From Mobula hypostoma (Eukaryota), in NCBI RefSeq assembly GCF_963921235.1, contig NC_086108.1:96846001-96910000 (forward strand): a DNA stretch of 64,000 nucleotides. The letters run 5' to 3'. The notes beneath the pieces were generated by a model. It searched no databases. It was not told where the DNA came from and saw only the letters and a program-made list of their open reading frames with translations. Every line of letters begins with the position of its first letter. Positions within the stretch are counted from its first letter, which is position 1. The position numbers were made by a program, and so were the translations under genes. Shown piece by piece: positions 46,533 through 59,954 of this stretch.

Positions 46533-49500
46533 GATGAACAAAATTGAAGCCTCTGGATTGAAGTTGAGTAATACAGATAGCATGAAGACCCACATTAGTT
46601 CACCTGGTGCTAAAAGCGGATTTGGAGATGAAAAAGATCTCCCATCAACCACTGTTACCACAAGTATACCTCAGACCTTAACAGAGAATCAAATGTCAGT
46701 TCCCAAAAGCAATACTTTAAACTTGTCTAAACATCTGTCCAGGGACAGTTCTATAAAAGCCTTAAGTGGAACCCAGCAGACTGTGTTAATGCAAACTGGT
46801 GCTCCTACTGCTTCGAATGCAAAACTTATCTTGCCTACAGGAACTGCTGTGAGGGATGTACTTACACAGCCCTCTTCAACTAAATCTTCCAATGCAAAGC
46901 AGTCTGATGTTTCCTTAGGTATTTCTCAATCTCTGTGCCAGCCAGTTGCAGATTCCAGCCCATCGTCTCACTTTGTTCCGTCTGTTCAGGTTCCAACATC
47001 ATCTGATAATTCAGATAAAGCTCAGCCGGTAGCCCCAGTCCTCTTGCTGGTCCCCAATTTAGTGCCTTTTCAGGGTCAAATTAAGACACAGCCTAAAATG
47101 ACGAGTCCTTTGCCAATCGTGGACCACAAATCTACAGTCCAATCAAATGGTGCTTCTACAAGCCAGATGTCATATTGTAAAGGAAGTGAAAAAACAAATG
47201 ATAATAGAAGAGATATAATGGGGAAAAGAACGTTAAGTTCTTCTGATATTCATGTGGCTGAATCAGAAACTTTAAATGATGTTGGCTTTAATTGGGACCC
47301 TGAAAAAGAATTCATGCAGTTCCTGCTTACAAAGGAAAAGGATGAACAGATAGTTCAAATTGATGGAAATTCCCATATCCAATCAAATCTGAACTATGGA
47401 AGAAAAAGGAAACGGAAAATGGACATTGTTCACATGGTGGATTTCTCTGAAGTGGAAAGTCCAAACATGCACCTTATACCTAAAAAGACTGCAGTTAATC
47501 TGGAAGGGATGAGACATGGTGAAGCAAAAGTTTCAGTTGTAAAACCAAAATACTTGCCTGCCAAAAGAAATCTTGTTGGTGAGACAGGATCAAACCTTCC
47601 CAAAGAAACTGTGGAAGCAATTAAACAGTTAATCTTCAGTGATTATAAATTTCCTGTCAAAAACCTAGAAACAGCAAGAACAAATGTTGCTGCAACTGCA
47701 CAAGTAGAAGAAACTTTACCTTTTGGTTCAACAGTTTTTCCTCCAGGTAGCGCTGTAACGATAGATGATCTACGAACCGGTTCTGAGTCGCATTCAGATG
47801 ATGACACTGAGACAGAACCATCATTTTACCCCTGCACTAAATGTAATGTCAATTTCAGGGAAAAAAAGCATTTGCAGAGACACATGATTTATCATTTAGA
47901 AGGACACAGTAAAACAAATCTGCCAAGACCCTATATATGTAAAGAATGTGGAATTGCGTTTCGTGACCGTGCACCTCTCCAAAAGCATAGGAGTCTTCAT
48001 CAAGAAAAAAGGGAGCGGCTGATGGAGGAGATTCGTGAGCTCCGCACCTTTCAGGATGAAGGCCGGAATGCAAAATTACAGTGTCCGCAATGTGTATTTG
48101 GAACAAACTGCCCTAAAACGTTTGTGCAGCATGCTAAAACACATGAGAAGGACAAAAGATACTACTGCTGTGATAAATGCAACTTCATGGCAGCATCAAT
48201 GGATGAACTCGAAGGGCATCAAATTTATATTCATGATGCAGTTAACAAGTCCATTCAAAAACCTTTGAAAGGTGTATCGTTAGAAAATTTATTAACTCAT
48301 TGTAAATCAGGAGGCATTTATGTATGTAGGAAATGCCCTTTCACCACAGCAGTTAGGAGTATCTTTAAAAAGCATGTTAAATACTTGCATCAGCGTCTTT
48401 ACCATGTTCAGCATAAAAATGAACATGGAATAAAAATGCCTAGCTTGAGCTCAAAACCACTTAATTTGGTGAGTGGCAATAAGGCTGTATCACATGAATC
48501 TGAATATCTGAACAAATTTGTTGTAAAGGGAGGTATAAAAAGGGGGTTTGATGCGCCTGATGCACTAGGGAATTCCTCAGGACTGTACAGCAAGGTCACT
48601 GATAATGCTATTACTCAGAAGCCAAGCTACACAGCCACAAAATATATACACCATTCATCTGATTCTGTGATAGATTATAGTAAATCTTCAACAAAGATTC
48701 TGACAGGATTAAACTCTAGTAACCAAAGGGTTAGCTTCCTACATCAAGACCATGTTCGAAAGCAGGGTGATAATGATGTCAGAGGGAACAATGTAATCCT
48801 ACTGTCGAAGGATCATGTTGTTAGTTATCAGAATTTAGGGAAATCTGATAATGATGTAGAGATAGTAAAAGATTTTCCTCCATCTACATTAATGGAAACA
48901 AATCATTGTGATACACGATTGACTTTGAACTTCCATCAGTCTGATGCTGAAGAAATGTCAGGGGAAACAGAATATGCAGATGCGGGCGCTGTATCAGTTA
49001 GAAAATCTGTTAAGGATGTCATGGTTAGTGTGTCGGTTGGCAATAATATTTTGGATCAATATCCAGATGTATTTCACAAAGCACCTGTTGTTGTTTTGAA
49101 TAAACTTGATCCATGTGAAAATGCATTAGAATGTGATGGTGAAGAAAACTCACCAGGAAGCGATGTTGTGGAAACTGCTAACTGTATGAGTGATGCTACT
49201 GCAGTGACTGTTGGTGAGAATAATTTTGATGTTGATGATAAAGAAACTCAGTACTTCAGTACTGAAGTACAGTTAGTTGATGAAAATGGCATTGACGATG
49301 ATGATTTTGATACTTATGATGAGAGTGAAGAAGATGATGATTTTGTTAATTTTGATAATGACATTCATGATTATGGCAACAGTGACTATGGTAACCAAAG
49401 CCTTTACTCAGCGGAATATCAAGATGTTAGTCACAATCATTTTATTAATGAAGATTTTCATATCAGTAATGATGCTAAATGTATAGAAGTTAGGGATCCA

Positions 49501-49756
49501 GTTCTTTATCAACATGATGCTCCACTTAATATAACCTATAATTGGACTGATTTTCACACTGAGAAGCGACCATGTCCGTACTGTCCAGCTGTATTTGACA
49601 CAGGTGTTGGCTTGTCAAATCATGTTCGAGGACATCTTTATAGAGTTGGCTTAACTTATGATGCTCGTCATTTGGTTCCACCAGAGCAAATAGCATCCAG
49701 TGATAAGAGGCGGCGGATCAAAAAAAGTGATGCTCCTGTTAGGAGAATAAAGAAAG
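46533..49756 (+). CDS. ZNF644: ZNF644 (WIZ/ZNF644 family C2H2 zinc-finger protein) giant coding exon, 3224 bp
   Basis: Open frame 46510-49779. Motifs WDPEKEFMQFL, RKRKRKMD, EPSFYPCTKCNVNFREKKHLQRHMIYHL, LMEEIREL..QDEGRNAKLQCPQCVFGTNCPKTFVQHAKTHEKDKRYYCC and CPYCPAVFDTGVGLSNHVRGHL match recalled ZNF644. Acceptor TTTCAG| at 46532 and donor AAAG|GTAAGT at 49757. Confidence 0.95.
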
Positions 49757-50492
49757 GTAAGTTTCATCCGTACTTGTGAGTATAAAAATAATCAAACATG
49801 GAGTCTTCAGTCCTGAATTTTTATTCAATATGTGTAAAACTTCAGTGACAAAATGCACACACATTTTGTTTAAAATGTTTGAAACAAGAAGACGGTAATT
49901 ACAAATGAAACAAAGCTATACTAAAAGCCGACAGACATCAATCAATCCAGATATTTATACTGTATTTAAGAGGATCAATTCCTAGTGGATGGAGTAAGTC
50001 TAGATAAAAGGAAGGTTATATAATTAAATAAAGGTATGCGTGGCCTGTCTTTAAGTCAGAGCTAAATCTGTGGTGGGAATCAACCATATACAAATGCAGA
50101 ACTTACTCATCTCCCAATGAATTCTTCACAAGAACTATCTATCAGAAGAATTTCAGATGAAGAGTAATTCAATATTCCATTGAGTTGCTTACAGTTGCAT
50201 GAAACTGCAGCAGGTTAGCTAGAGGACCCTGATTTGCAATGAGGTCTTTTCTGCTCCTGTTGATGGATCAAAGACCATCGTAGCAGCATCAGACTTGAAA
50301 TCTGAAAGATGAGATTGCTGATATGATCAAACCTCCCAATGTACTTGGAGACCATTAATGTTTCAACACTACGCCTTTGTTATAATAAATCATTCTTTTC
50401 ATTTGTAACTTTAGTTAAAACAAAAGGAGACAGAGTATTTATTTCAAATACAGAGGAATGGAGCCATGGCCAAGTGGGAATGAAGATTGATT

Positions 50493-51878
50493 CTTACGTC
50501 GGTGGTGGGGAAACTGCTGGAGTCAGTTATCAAGGATGTGATAACAGCACATTTGGAAAGTGGAGAAATGATCGGACAAAGTCAGCATGGATTTGTGAAA
50601 GGAAAATCATGTCTGACGAATCTCATAGAATTTTTTGAGGATGTAACTAGTAGAGTGGATAGGGGAGAACCAGTGGATGTGGTATATTTGGATTTTCAAA
50701 AGGCTTTTGACAAGGTCCCACACAGGAGATTAGTGTGCAAACTTAAAGCACACGGTATTGGGGGTAAGGTATTGGTGTGGGTGGAGAATTGGTTAGCAGA
50801 CAGGAAGCAAAGAGTGGGAATAAACGGGACCTTTTCAGAATGGCAGGCGGTGACTAGTGGGGTACCGCAAGGCTCAGTGCTGGGACCCCAGTTGTTTACA
50901 ATATATATTAATGACTTGGATGAGGGAATTAAATGCAGCATCTCCAAGTTTGCGGATGACACGAAGCTGGGTGGCAGTGTTAGCTGTGAGGAGGATGCTA
51001 AGAGGATGCAGGGAGACTTGGATAGGTTGGGTGAGTGGGCAAACTCATGGCAGATGCAATTTAATGTGGATAAATGTGAAGTTATCCACTTTGGTGGCAA
51101 AAATAGGAAAACAGATTATTATCTGAATGGTGGCCGATTAGGAAAAGGGGAGGTGCAACGAGACCTGGGTGTCATTATACACCAGTCATTGAAAGTGGGC
51201 ATGCAGGTACAGCAGGCAGTGAAAAAGGCGAATGATATGCTGGCATTTATAGCGAGAGGATTCGAGTACAGGAGCAGGGAGGTACTACTGCAGTTGTACA
51301 AGGCCTTGGTGAGACCACGCCTGGAGTATTGTGTGCAGTTTTGGTCCCCTAATCTGAGGAAAGACATCTTTGCCATAGAGGGAGTGCAAAGAAGGTTCAC
51401 CAGATTGATTCCTGGGATGGCAGGACTTTCATATGAAGAAAGACAGGATGAACTGGGCTTGTACTCGTTGGAATTTAGAAGATTGAGGGGGGATCTGATT
51501 GAAACGTATAAGATCCTAAAGGGATTGGACAGGCTAGATGCAGGAAGATTGTTCCCGATGTTGGGGAAGTCCAGAACGAGGGGTCACAGTTTGAGGATAG
51601 AGGGGAAGCCTTTTAGGACCGAGATTAGGAAAAACTTCTTCACACAGAGAGTGGTGAATCTGTGGAATTCTCTGCCACAGCAAACTGTTGCGGCCAGTTC
51701 ATTGGCTATGTTTAAGAGGGAGTTAGATATGGCCCCTGTGGCTACAGGGGTCAGGGGGTATGGAGGGAAGGCTGGGGCGGGGTTCTGAGTTGGATGATCA
51801 GCCATGATCATAATAAATGGCGGTGCAGGCTCGAAGGGCCGAATGGCCTACTCCTGCACCTATTTTCTATGTTTCTAT
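50493..51878 (+). mobile_element. Young CR1 LINE, 5'-truncated, with an uninterrupted 433-codon RT frame
   Basis: ORF 50487-51788 carries QHGF, LDFQKAFD, PQGSVLGP and FADD. TTCTATGTTTCTAT tail. Confidence 0.96.
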
Positions 51879-52974
51879 ATAGTAAATGCAAACCATACAA
51901 TACCTTAAAGTGTTGACTTATAACTACACTTTAATAAATAGAAGGTATTTAGAAGATACATTTTTTGAATCAGAAAAGACCCCAAAATTTAAAAAAAAAC
52001 ATATATCTAATCTGATAAGGAGTTATACCTTTTTTATTCATTACAGTGACAGATTATGCTAGTTGAATCATATTTACCCACGTAGTCTAAGGATAGTTTT
52101 CTTCTCTGGAAATCTTTCTTTAGTCCACTTGCACATTTTCTATTGCAGCCAAATTTGATAGCAAATTTCTTCTGGCTTCTTGAAAGTTTAGATTTATGAT
52201 TCCTATTTACTATAAGGAACCATTTATTGACCACTTTAAATGACTTCAATAAAATGTTAGTGATGTAATATTGATCTGAACAGTTTAACTTTGCATGCAG
52301 ATGTGTTAATCTGATTGTTGGTATCTCTAAAAGATCTAGTCATAAGTTCAAACCACTAGGTTGTGCTGTTTCCTGTCTCAGTTGGGAACAGAAGGAAGCA
52401 ACAAGGGACACCTCTATTGACCTTATTGCGTTTTAAAGCAAGAATACAATCAGGATTCCAGTTGCTGCTCACCACATCTGTTCCTGGAAGTGCATGACCA
52501 TGGACATATAAAGGCTAAATTATATTTGGGTCTTATGTTTTCTTTGGCTGAATTGAATATTGATGCAATTTCTGGAAAATAAGTAGAATGTGCAAAAACT
52601 GGAAGGTGACATTATGCAAAAAGGAAAGCAAGTGTACTTTGAGCTTAGAAAAGAAGCTAATGCACAAGTTTCTGACTTTTCAAAGATACTTTTTTTGAGA
52701 AGCAGTAAGATTAAACCTGGTTTTTTAAAAAAATTCCTTATTGTTGCCTTATCTGAATGGAGCTAAGTCTTTTAGCTATATAGTGTCAAGAGATCATCTT
52801 TAATAGAAATATTCTGGTGCCATGAATGCACTGTTCTACGCAAATCAGAAAGGGAAATGGTTTACAATTGCTGCAGCATGATTCATCAATCAAAAGATTT
52901 TTGATGACTTCCTTGGTGTGAGGGGAGAGGTGAGTGTGCCTATTATGGCTGAGTCAACAAACCTCTGAAGACTC

Positions 52975-53622
52975 TTTTTGACCCTGCACATTGGTGCCTA
53001 TGTACCAGGTTTTGATGCAACCAATCAAAATGCTCTCCACCATATGTCTAAACATTTTCTGGTGTATTTAGTGACATACGAAGTTCCCTCAAACTCCAAA
53101 TAAAGTATCCCTGCTGTCATGCCTTTTTCATGGTTCTATCAATATGTTTGGCCTAGAATAGATCTTCTGAGGTTTTGATACCTTGGAACTTAAAGCTGCT
53201 CACTCTTTCCACTGCTGACCCTCGACGAGGACTGGTGTGTGTTCTCCCAACTTCCCCTTTCTGAAGTCCATAATCAATTCCTTGGTCGTGCTGACATTGA
53301 GTGCAAGATTGTTTTTGGACACCACTCAACCAGCTGATCTAGCTCACTTCTGTATGCCTCCTTGTTGCTATCTGAAATTGTTCCAACAAAAGTGATGTTG
53401 GCGAATACATAGGTAGCATTTGAGCTGTGATTAGTCACCAAGTCATGAGTGTAGAGCGAATAGAGCAGTGGGCTAAGTCACATCCTTGAGGGGCACCTAT
53501 GTTGATTGTTAGCAAGGAGGTTATGTTATTACTGATTGTGGTTCTCCTGATGAGGAAGTCAAGGATGCATTTACAGAGGAATGTACAGAGGCCTAGGTCT
53601 GAAGCTTGTTGATTAGTACTGA
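52975..53622 (-). mobile_element. Rex1/Babar LINE fragment, degenerate
   Basis: Minus peptide CILDFLIRRT..NIGAPQG, with similarity to the copy at 2838-3625. Confidence 0.7.
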
Positions 53623-53861
53623 TCAATTCAATCCCCAATCAGTTGAAGTTCATTGAATGTTATTGAACCTGTGGGAAATTGGTGTGGTGTGTGATAATTA
53701 GGGTGCCATGTAAGTTAGACAGAGATTCTCAAGTCCTGCATAATGTTTAGAGAAATCTATCAAATCCAATTCTGTTTTCTGTTGAGAAATTCCAGTGTTT
53801 ACACCAAACAAAAATATAAGTGCCAAATAGCTTCTGTACTTGGAACAGACAAAAAGGAAAG

Positions 53862-54270
53862 GGTGCATTTATATATAAGGCCTTTCACATTAATTTCAGA
53901 CTTCCCAAGATACATTGTAGACACTGAAGTATTTTGGAACTGTAGAAACCGTCGTAGGACAAGGACAGACAACTTGTGCAAAACATTTGGCAACTGACAG
54001 TGAAATGAAAGTGACCAAATATCTTTTGTTTTTGTGGTGACAGTCGCAAGATCAATGTTGATCAAGATTTAATTGATATCTCCCCCCTATGCTACTTCAG
54101 AATATAACTGTGGGATGTTTTAATTCCTCCTGAGAAAGTAGACAGGCCTTTGGTTTCATCAACAGAACCTCCACTGAAGAGTCAGCCCAAATTTTAGTGC
54201 TCATGTTTCTGCTCTGGGACTTCAACATGGAATCTTCTGGCTCAGAAACAAGCATATTGATCCATGACAG
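53862..54270 (-). mobile_element. SacSINE1/DeuSINE-like ancient SINE
   Basis: The plus strand shows GCATTTATATA..CCTTTCAC, TGAAGTATTTT, TGGGATGTTTTA..CTGAGA..AGAC and GGGACTTCAAC..TTCTGGCTCAGA, collinear with the recalled antisense shark DeuSINE consensus. Confidence 0.6.
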
Positions 54271-54584
54271 ATTGTTGAGCATTGAGCATATTTCTGCTTT
54301 AGTGATATTTAAAAACCAGCTTAGACAAAGTATATGTATGTTAAGAAGTAACATACTGATGATGACTGATACAGAATGTCCTTGTATGAATACTGTCAGT
54401 TGTTTTAGAGAAGGTTCTTATGATTTGTAATAGCCAATGTTTCACAATCTTAAAATGCTAAATCAAAGCTTACTTGTAGAATTGAGGCACTTTTGCTTTG
54501 TGTAAGTGGTCTGAATTTTCATTGTAGTTTGGAAATTTTGAAAATGTGTACTAAAACTCTTAAGTATGTACTTAGTTATTCCTG

Positions 54585-54948
54585 AGAGTGTAGAAGATTG
54601 AGAGGAGATTATGGGATATAGACGGGTAAAAATGCAAGCAGGCTTTTTTCACTGAGGTTGGTTGAGACTAGAACTAAAGGACATGGGTTAAGAGTGAAAG
54701 GTGAAATGTTTAAGGGGAGTATGGGGGGAATTCTTCACCCAGAATATGGAATGTTCTGCCAGTGCAAGTGGTAGATGCGGGTTCCATTTCAACATTTATG
54801 AGAAATTTGGATAGGTATGCGGATGGGAGAAGTACGGAGGGCTATGGTTCAGGTGCAGGTTAATGGGACCAAGCAAGCAGATTAATAGTTCAGCACAGAT
54901 TAGATGGCCCGAAGTGCCTGCTGCTTCTGTGCTATAGTACTCTATGAT
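54585..54948 (+). mobile_element. CR1 3' fragment
   Basis: AGAAGATTGAGAGGAGATT...TTCTTCACCCAGA...TTCTGTGCTATAGTACTCTATG, similar to 58820-59203. Confidence 0.75.
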
Positions 54949-56806
54949 GAAAATTTGCTCTGACTAAATGCTGCCAATCACAGTCAGTGAGAGTGAACCA
55001 TGGGTCCAGATTGAAGGGTCTCAGCCTGAAATGAGTACCTCCATCATAGATATGACATACTTTCTACCCTGTTTAACACAAGGTATATGAATCTTTCTTT
55101 CACTACTTTAACAATTCTTCAACCCAGAGAATAACAATGGTAATATTCCATTTTCATGTTGGCTGTTACACCCTCAAGTCATCAAACTAAAAATGTTTTC
55201 AATTAGTAAGGATCTTTTGTTTGTAGTTATTGAAAAGTAGCACACGGGAAAAACTAGTACTTTTTTTACTATGAAGCTTCACAAATATGGAATATTGTTG
55301 ATTACAGTTCAGTTATTTTTCCAGTCAATTCATCTATGGTTTAGTTTACTTGTCTTGTTTCATCTTAGTACTGGTTGATTGATTTTTGACCTGTTGTTTT
55401 TTTAACTGACCCTGTGGTTCCAGGTTTGCACTGGAGTTTTCTGCTCTGATGGGTATGTGCCAGATTATTTTGTGCACTCATCCTGAGTTTAGTGGAAGAA
55501 TTTGATGACTTTTCCATTATACAAGATGGTGATTATGGATGCACTCCAGCAAGTTTTAGCCAAGCTAGGTGCTCTTTCCTTTTAGCTTCAGGTTAGCAAG
55601 GGAATCTCTGCTGGGAGATGTTATTTAAAAAGTCCATTGGCTGAGTGGCAACTGAATGTTGCCCTCTAGCATGATTTTAGAGTTTGTTAGCAGCTTTGAA
55701 TGTATCATGGAAGGCCATGTTGGCAACTAACATAGGTCATTCCAGGAAAATTGGTTTTCCAGCGGAACTGTCTTCTGGGATGTTTTGTTTTGATAATATC
55801 ATTGCTTCATGTATCATAATCATTGTCCATAAAAGTAACCTTGAGACCAAGAAGATTGGCCACTTCCCCTAAGGCAGAAGGCTTTACTCAGAGCCTTCCC
55901 TACCCCCCCCCACCCCATTGCCTCATGAATATTTAGTGTGAGTGTCTAACAGCTAACCAAACTAACGTGGAGAGCTTCAACATGCTAAATTATTGGAAAT
56001 CAAGAAAAGGCGAGCAATACGATTGTGATTCCAGTGTGTTTTAAAAAAAAACATGAGCAAGGAAAAAGTTTGAAATAATTGACTGCAGAGAGGGAGGTGG
56101 AAGTTATTGTAAATGTAGATAGAGAGGAATAAAAAAATTGGTAATGTTAAATACAGATCGCGGTGCATTTATTGTCACAGATGTAGATAAATGAAACAAG
56201 TGGGTAATTAAAGTCCCATCAGATTTTCGCTGGCTGTGATTGTGATGGATTACTAAAAGTTTTGGGTAGAGCAAAAAATGTCGTAGAGCTGATTTAAAAT
56301 ATGTTTCTATCTTCTGTATTTGACTGCTAATAATTTTTAACCCAGAAACACGAGTCCAGTATCTCAGAATAGAGTGACAAGATCTATTAGGTTAAGCAAA
56401 GATCATTAGACTGATAGTGTGATTTCATATTGCTAACCTAAGCTTTAAACATTGTGATCATTGTTATGTGATCCAGATGTTTCAACAGCCACCATGATGG
56501 CAAAAAGTACTAAATTCTTTGTGTCAGACATTTCAAAAGAAATCAGTAATTTATTTTATGTAACTGTGTGTATTTAAACTTGAGTTGTTCTGCATTAAAC
56601 CTTGATGTAAGTTATTAGGTAGAAATAGATTTAACTTATAGCTGCTAATGATTCCATTAAATTAAAAAAATTAAACTGATTTTTATTCACATGATATTGA
56701 ACTAATTGATTAATCACTTTTTTTTATTTTAGTAGAGCCATGTTTGCTTTTTTTTCTTATTAAGTTAATTAGATTGGGTAATCCCATTCTCATTTTGTTT
56801 CCACAG

Positions 56807-57421
56807 AAGTGAAATCTGGATCATCAACTGAGAATACATGTCCTCTGTGTGGGGGCTGGTTTGACACAAAGGTTGGCCTGTCAAATCATGTCCGTGGTCA
56901 CTTGAAGAGGTTGGGGAAAACAGAACTGGAAGCACACAAATCCCCACTCTGCATTTTGACTGAAATGATGCAAAATGAAGCAGAGGCTGAAAATATTGCA
57001 AAGTTGTTGAGTAGCAAACAATTTAGATATAAACCCTTTGTATCACAGAAATTTGCAACAAGTGACGGCCTATTTCTTGCTCCAAATGGTATAACTATAA
57101 AACTGCAGCAAAATGAGATGAAGACAAAATCCTTCCCCTTACCACAATTAGACCTCAATGATGACCTCCCTGACCTGCAGCCAGGAAAATACAGTGAGAC
57201 ACATGAACAGTCAAGTTCTCTGATGCAAATTCTGAAGACTAAATTTGGAGAAGAAACACGATTACCAATAAAATCCCAGCCAGGAAGAGGTCATGTTCAA
57301 ACTGCAAAGAAGCGACTGCCTAATCACAGACGCCCCTTTCATCCACAGTTTGGCAGTTCAGTTTTGCAGCCTAGTGTATCATCACAACCAGTGACAAGTG
57401 CAGATATGACTTATCAAACAG
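56807..57421 (+). CDS. ZNF644: ZNF644 coding exon (615 bp)
   Basis: Acceptor TTTCCACAG| at 56806 (phase 1, matching the previous donor). Encodes CPLCGGWFDTKVGLSNHVRGHLKRLGK, HKSPLCILTEMMQNE and PFVSQKF. Donor ACAG|GTTAGC at 57422 (phase 1). Confidence 0.92.
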
Positions 57422-57590
57422 GTTAGCCATCCTTGTGTTAATTTACAAAATAAGCCAAAATTGGGGAATGGAATATAAAGGCTTTGAGGAATTTTGATGC
57501 ATTTATGAGCATTTTGAAACTGTGTGTTAAACTTTGTTGCCAGAGCAGTTTTATTTGCCATGATTAATCTCAAAGCTTTCTTCAGAAATA

Positions 57591-59954
57591 CATTGCCTTG
57601 TAAAAGTATTCGGCCCCCAGCCCTTTGTTTACATAGATGAGGGATTTTGATCAATTTAATTGAGAATTTTTATTTGTGAATCACATGCTCCTTTTTTCAC
57701 AGTAGAGCCACCTGCCCCCCCCAAAAAAACAACGGAAATTGTAAAGCATGAAAAACTAAAAATTCAAAAATTAAAATGTCAGCAAAAGTATGTCAGAAGT
57801 ATTCATCCCCTTTGCCCACTTCTCATAGTTATTATAGCCAGTAGTCTTTTTGGACAAGTCTCTATTAGCTTTGCACAACATGATGGAGCGAGGTTTGTTC
57901 ACCCCCCCCCCCCCCGCAAAACTTGCTCAAGTTGGGAAGTGGCGGTAGACAGCAATCTGGAGGTCTTGCCAGAGATGTTGGATTGGATTAAGGTCGGGAC
58001 TCTGACTGGGCCACTCAACGATATCAATTTTCTTCATTTGAAGCAACTTCATGGTTGCTCTGGCAATGTGCTTTGGGTCATTGTCCTGCTGAAAGACCAA
58101 CTTCCTCCCCAGTTTAAGCTTTTTGGTAGAGGCTAGCAGGTTTTTATCCTGGATCTCTCTGTATTTAGCAGCATTCATCTTCCCATCAATCGTGACCAGA
58201 TTTCCAGACCCTGCTGCTGAAAAGCATCCCCATAGCCTATGCTACCTCCACTATACTTTACAGTAGGTTCCACTTTATTTTCATCCAATCACAAGACCTT
58301 CTTCCACACCCCAAGGTTGTGGACTGTGAGGAAGGCTATCATGGGTTTGCAGAGGTATCTGCATCAGCTGGAAAAATGGGCTGGAAAAAATGGTACATGA
58401 AATTTAATGCAGACAAGTGCGAGCTTTGCACTTTGGTGGGACCAACCAAGGTAGGTCTTACATAGTGTACGGTAGGACACTGAGGAGTGTGGCAGAACAA
58501 AGGGATCTGGGAACACAGATCCATAATTCATTGAAAGTGACGTCACAGGAAGATTGGGTCATAAAGAAAGTTTTTGGCACATTGGCCTTCATAAATCAAT
58601 GTATTGAGTACAGGAGATGGGATGTTATGTTGAAGTTGTAGAAGTCATTGTTGAGTCCTAATTTGCAGTATCGTGTGCAGTTTTGATCACCTACCTACAG
58701 GAAATATGTAAACAAGGCTGAAAGAATACAGAGAAAATTTACAAGGATGTTGTTGGGTCTGGAGGACATAAGTTATAAGGAAAGATTGAATAGGTTAGGA
58801 CTGTATTCTTTGAAACATAGAAGATTTGAGAGGAGATTTGATAGAGGTATACAAAATTATGAGGAGTATAGATAGGGTAAATGCAAGCAGGCTTTTTCCA
58901 CTGAGATTGGGTGGCAGTACAACCAGAAGTCGTGGGTTAATGGTAAAAGGTGAAACGTTTAAGGGGACATGAGGGGAAACTTCTTCACTCAGCGTTGTGA
59001 GAATGTGGAATGAGCTGCCTGTACAAGTGGTGCGTGTGAGCTCGATTTCAACATTTAAGAGAGGTTTGGATCGGTACATGGATAGTAGGGGTATGGAGGG
59101 CTGTGCTCCTCATGCAGGTAATTGGAAATGGGCAGTTTAAAGGATTTTGGCATGGACTAGATGGACTGAAGGGCCTGTTTCTGTGCTGTACTTCTCTATG
59201 ACTCCATTTTTACAGTTTCTTCTAAGTGACGCTTTGCAAAGTCTCTGTAGGCAAGGATATGCTTTTTTTTAAAAGCCAGAGCTGCTTCCTTACCACTCTT
59301 TCGTAAATACTGTGTATTTTTTGTGTAAGGCCTCAGAGATTGTTGAGCTGTGAACATCATCTCCAGTTGCAGCCACTAACTTCTGCAGCTCACTGAGAGT
59401 GACTGTTGGCATCACAGTGCCATTCTTCTCTGGTGACTAGGTAGAGGGACAGCCTGGCCTAGGCAGTGTGGCTGTGGTTTCATATTTTTCCGCTTTTTCA
59501 TGATGGGCTACATTGAGCTCTGAGGGTATGTTCAGTGCCTTTGAGATGGTCTTGTATCCTTCCACAGCTGTGTTTCTCTATTAACATCTCTTTGACTTGC
59601 CTTGAATTCTCTTTTTGTCTTCATCTTGGTTTAGTTTGTTGAAAATCTACCATACTGTTGGACATTACAGAGAAAGGTATTTATGCAGGTGATCCTCCAA
59701 TTTTCCACATCAACAGGTTGGCTGAGTTGGCAAGGTAATATACTACATTGCACCTGAGGAAAGTTAGCGTAGTAATTACGATTGGAATGAATACTTTTTC
59801 AGCCTCTATTTTGGTTTTTATTTTTTAGTAAATTACTGACAGGTTTTGGAATTTTCATTTTGATTTGACAAGATGCCCAATGTTTTGTAGATTAGTTCAA
59901 AAAGTCCTAAATGTGAAAATAGTTGTGGGAACTGAATATGTTTACAAGGCACTA
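57591..59954 (-). mobile_element. Tc1-type DNA transposon (IR/DR-type long TIRs), defective, with nested CR1
   Basis: TA|CATTGCCTTGTAAAAGTATTC on the left and GAATATGTTTACAAGGCACTA|TA on the right. Inner repeats near 57798 and 59785. Minus ORF 57927-58178 has VFQQDNDPKH..WPSQSPDLNPIQHLW (DD34E with E changed to Q). Confidence 0.88.
58310..59203 (+). mobile_element. CR1 LINE fragment nested in the Tc1 element
   Basis: Peptide LHFGGTNQG..QRDLGTQIH..KKVFGTLAFI and a CR1 3' tail (TCTATGACTC). Confidence 0.88.
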
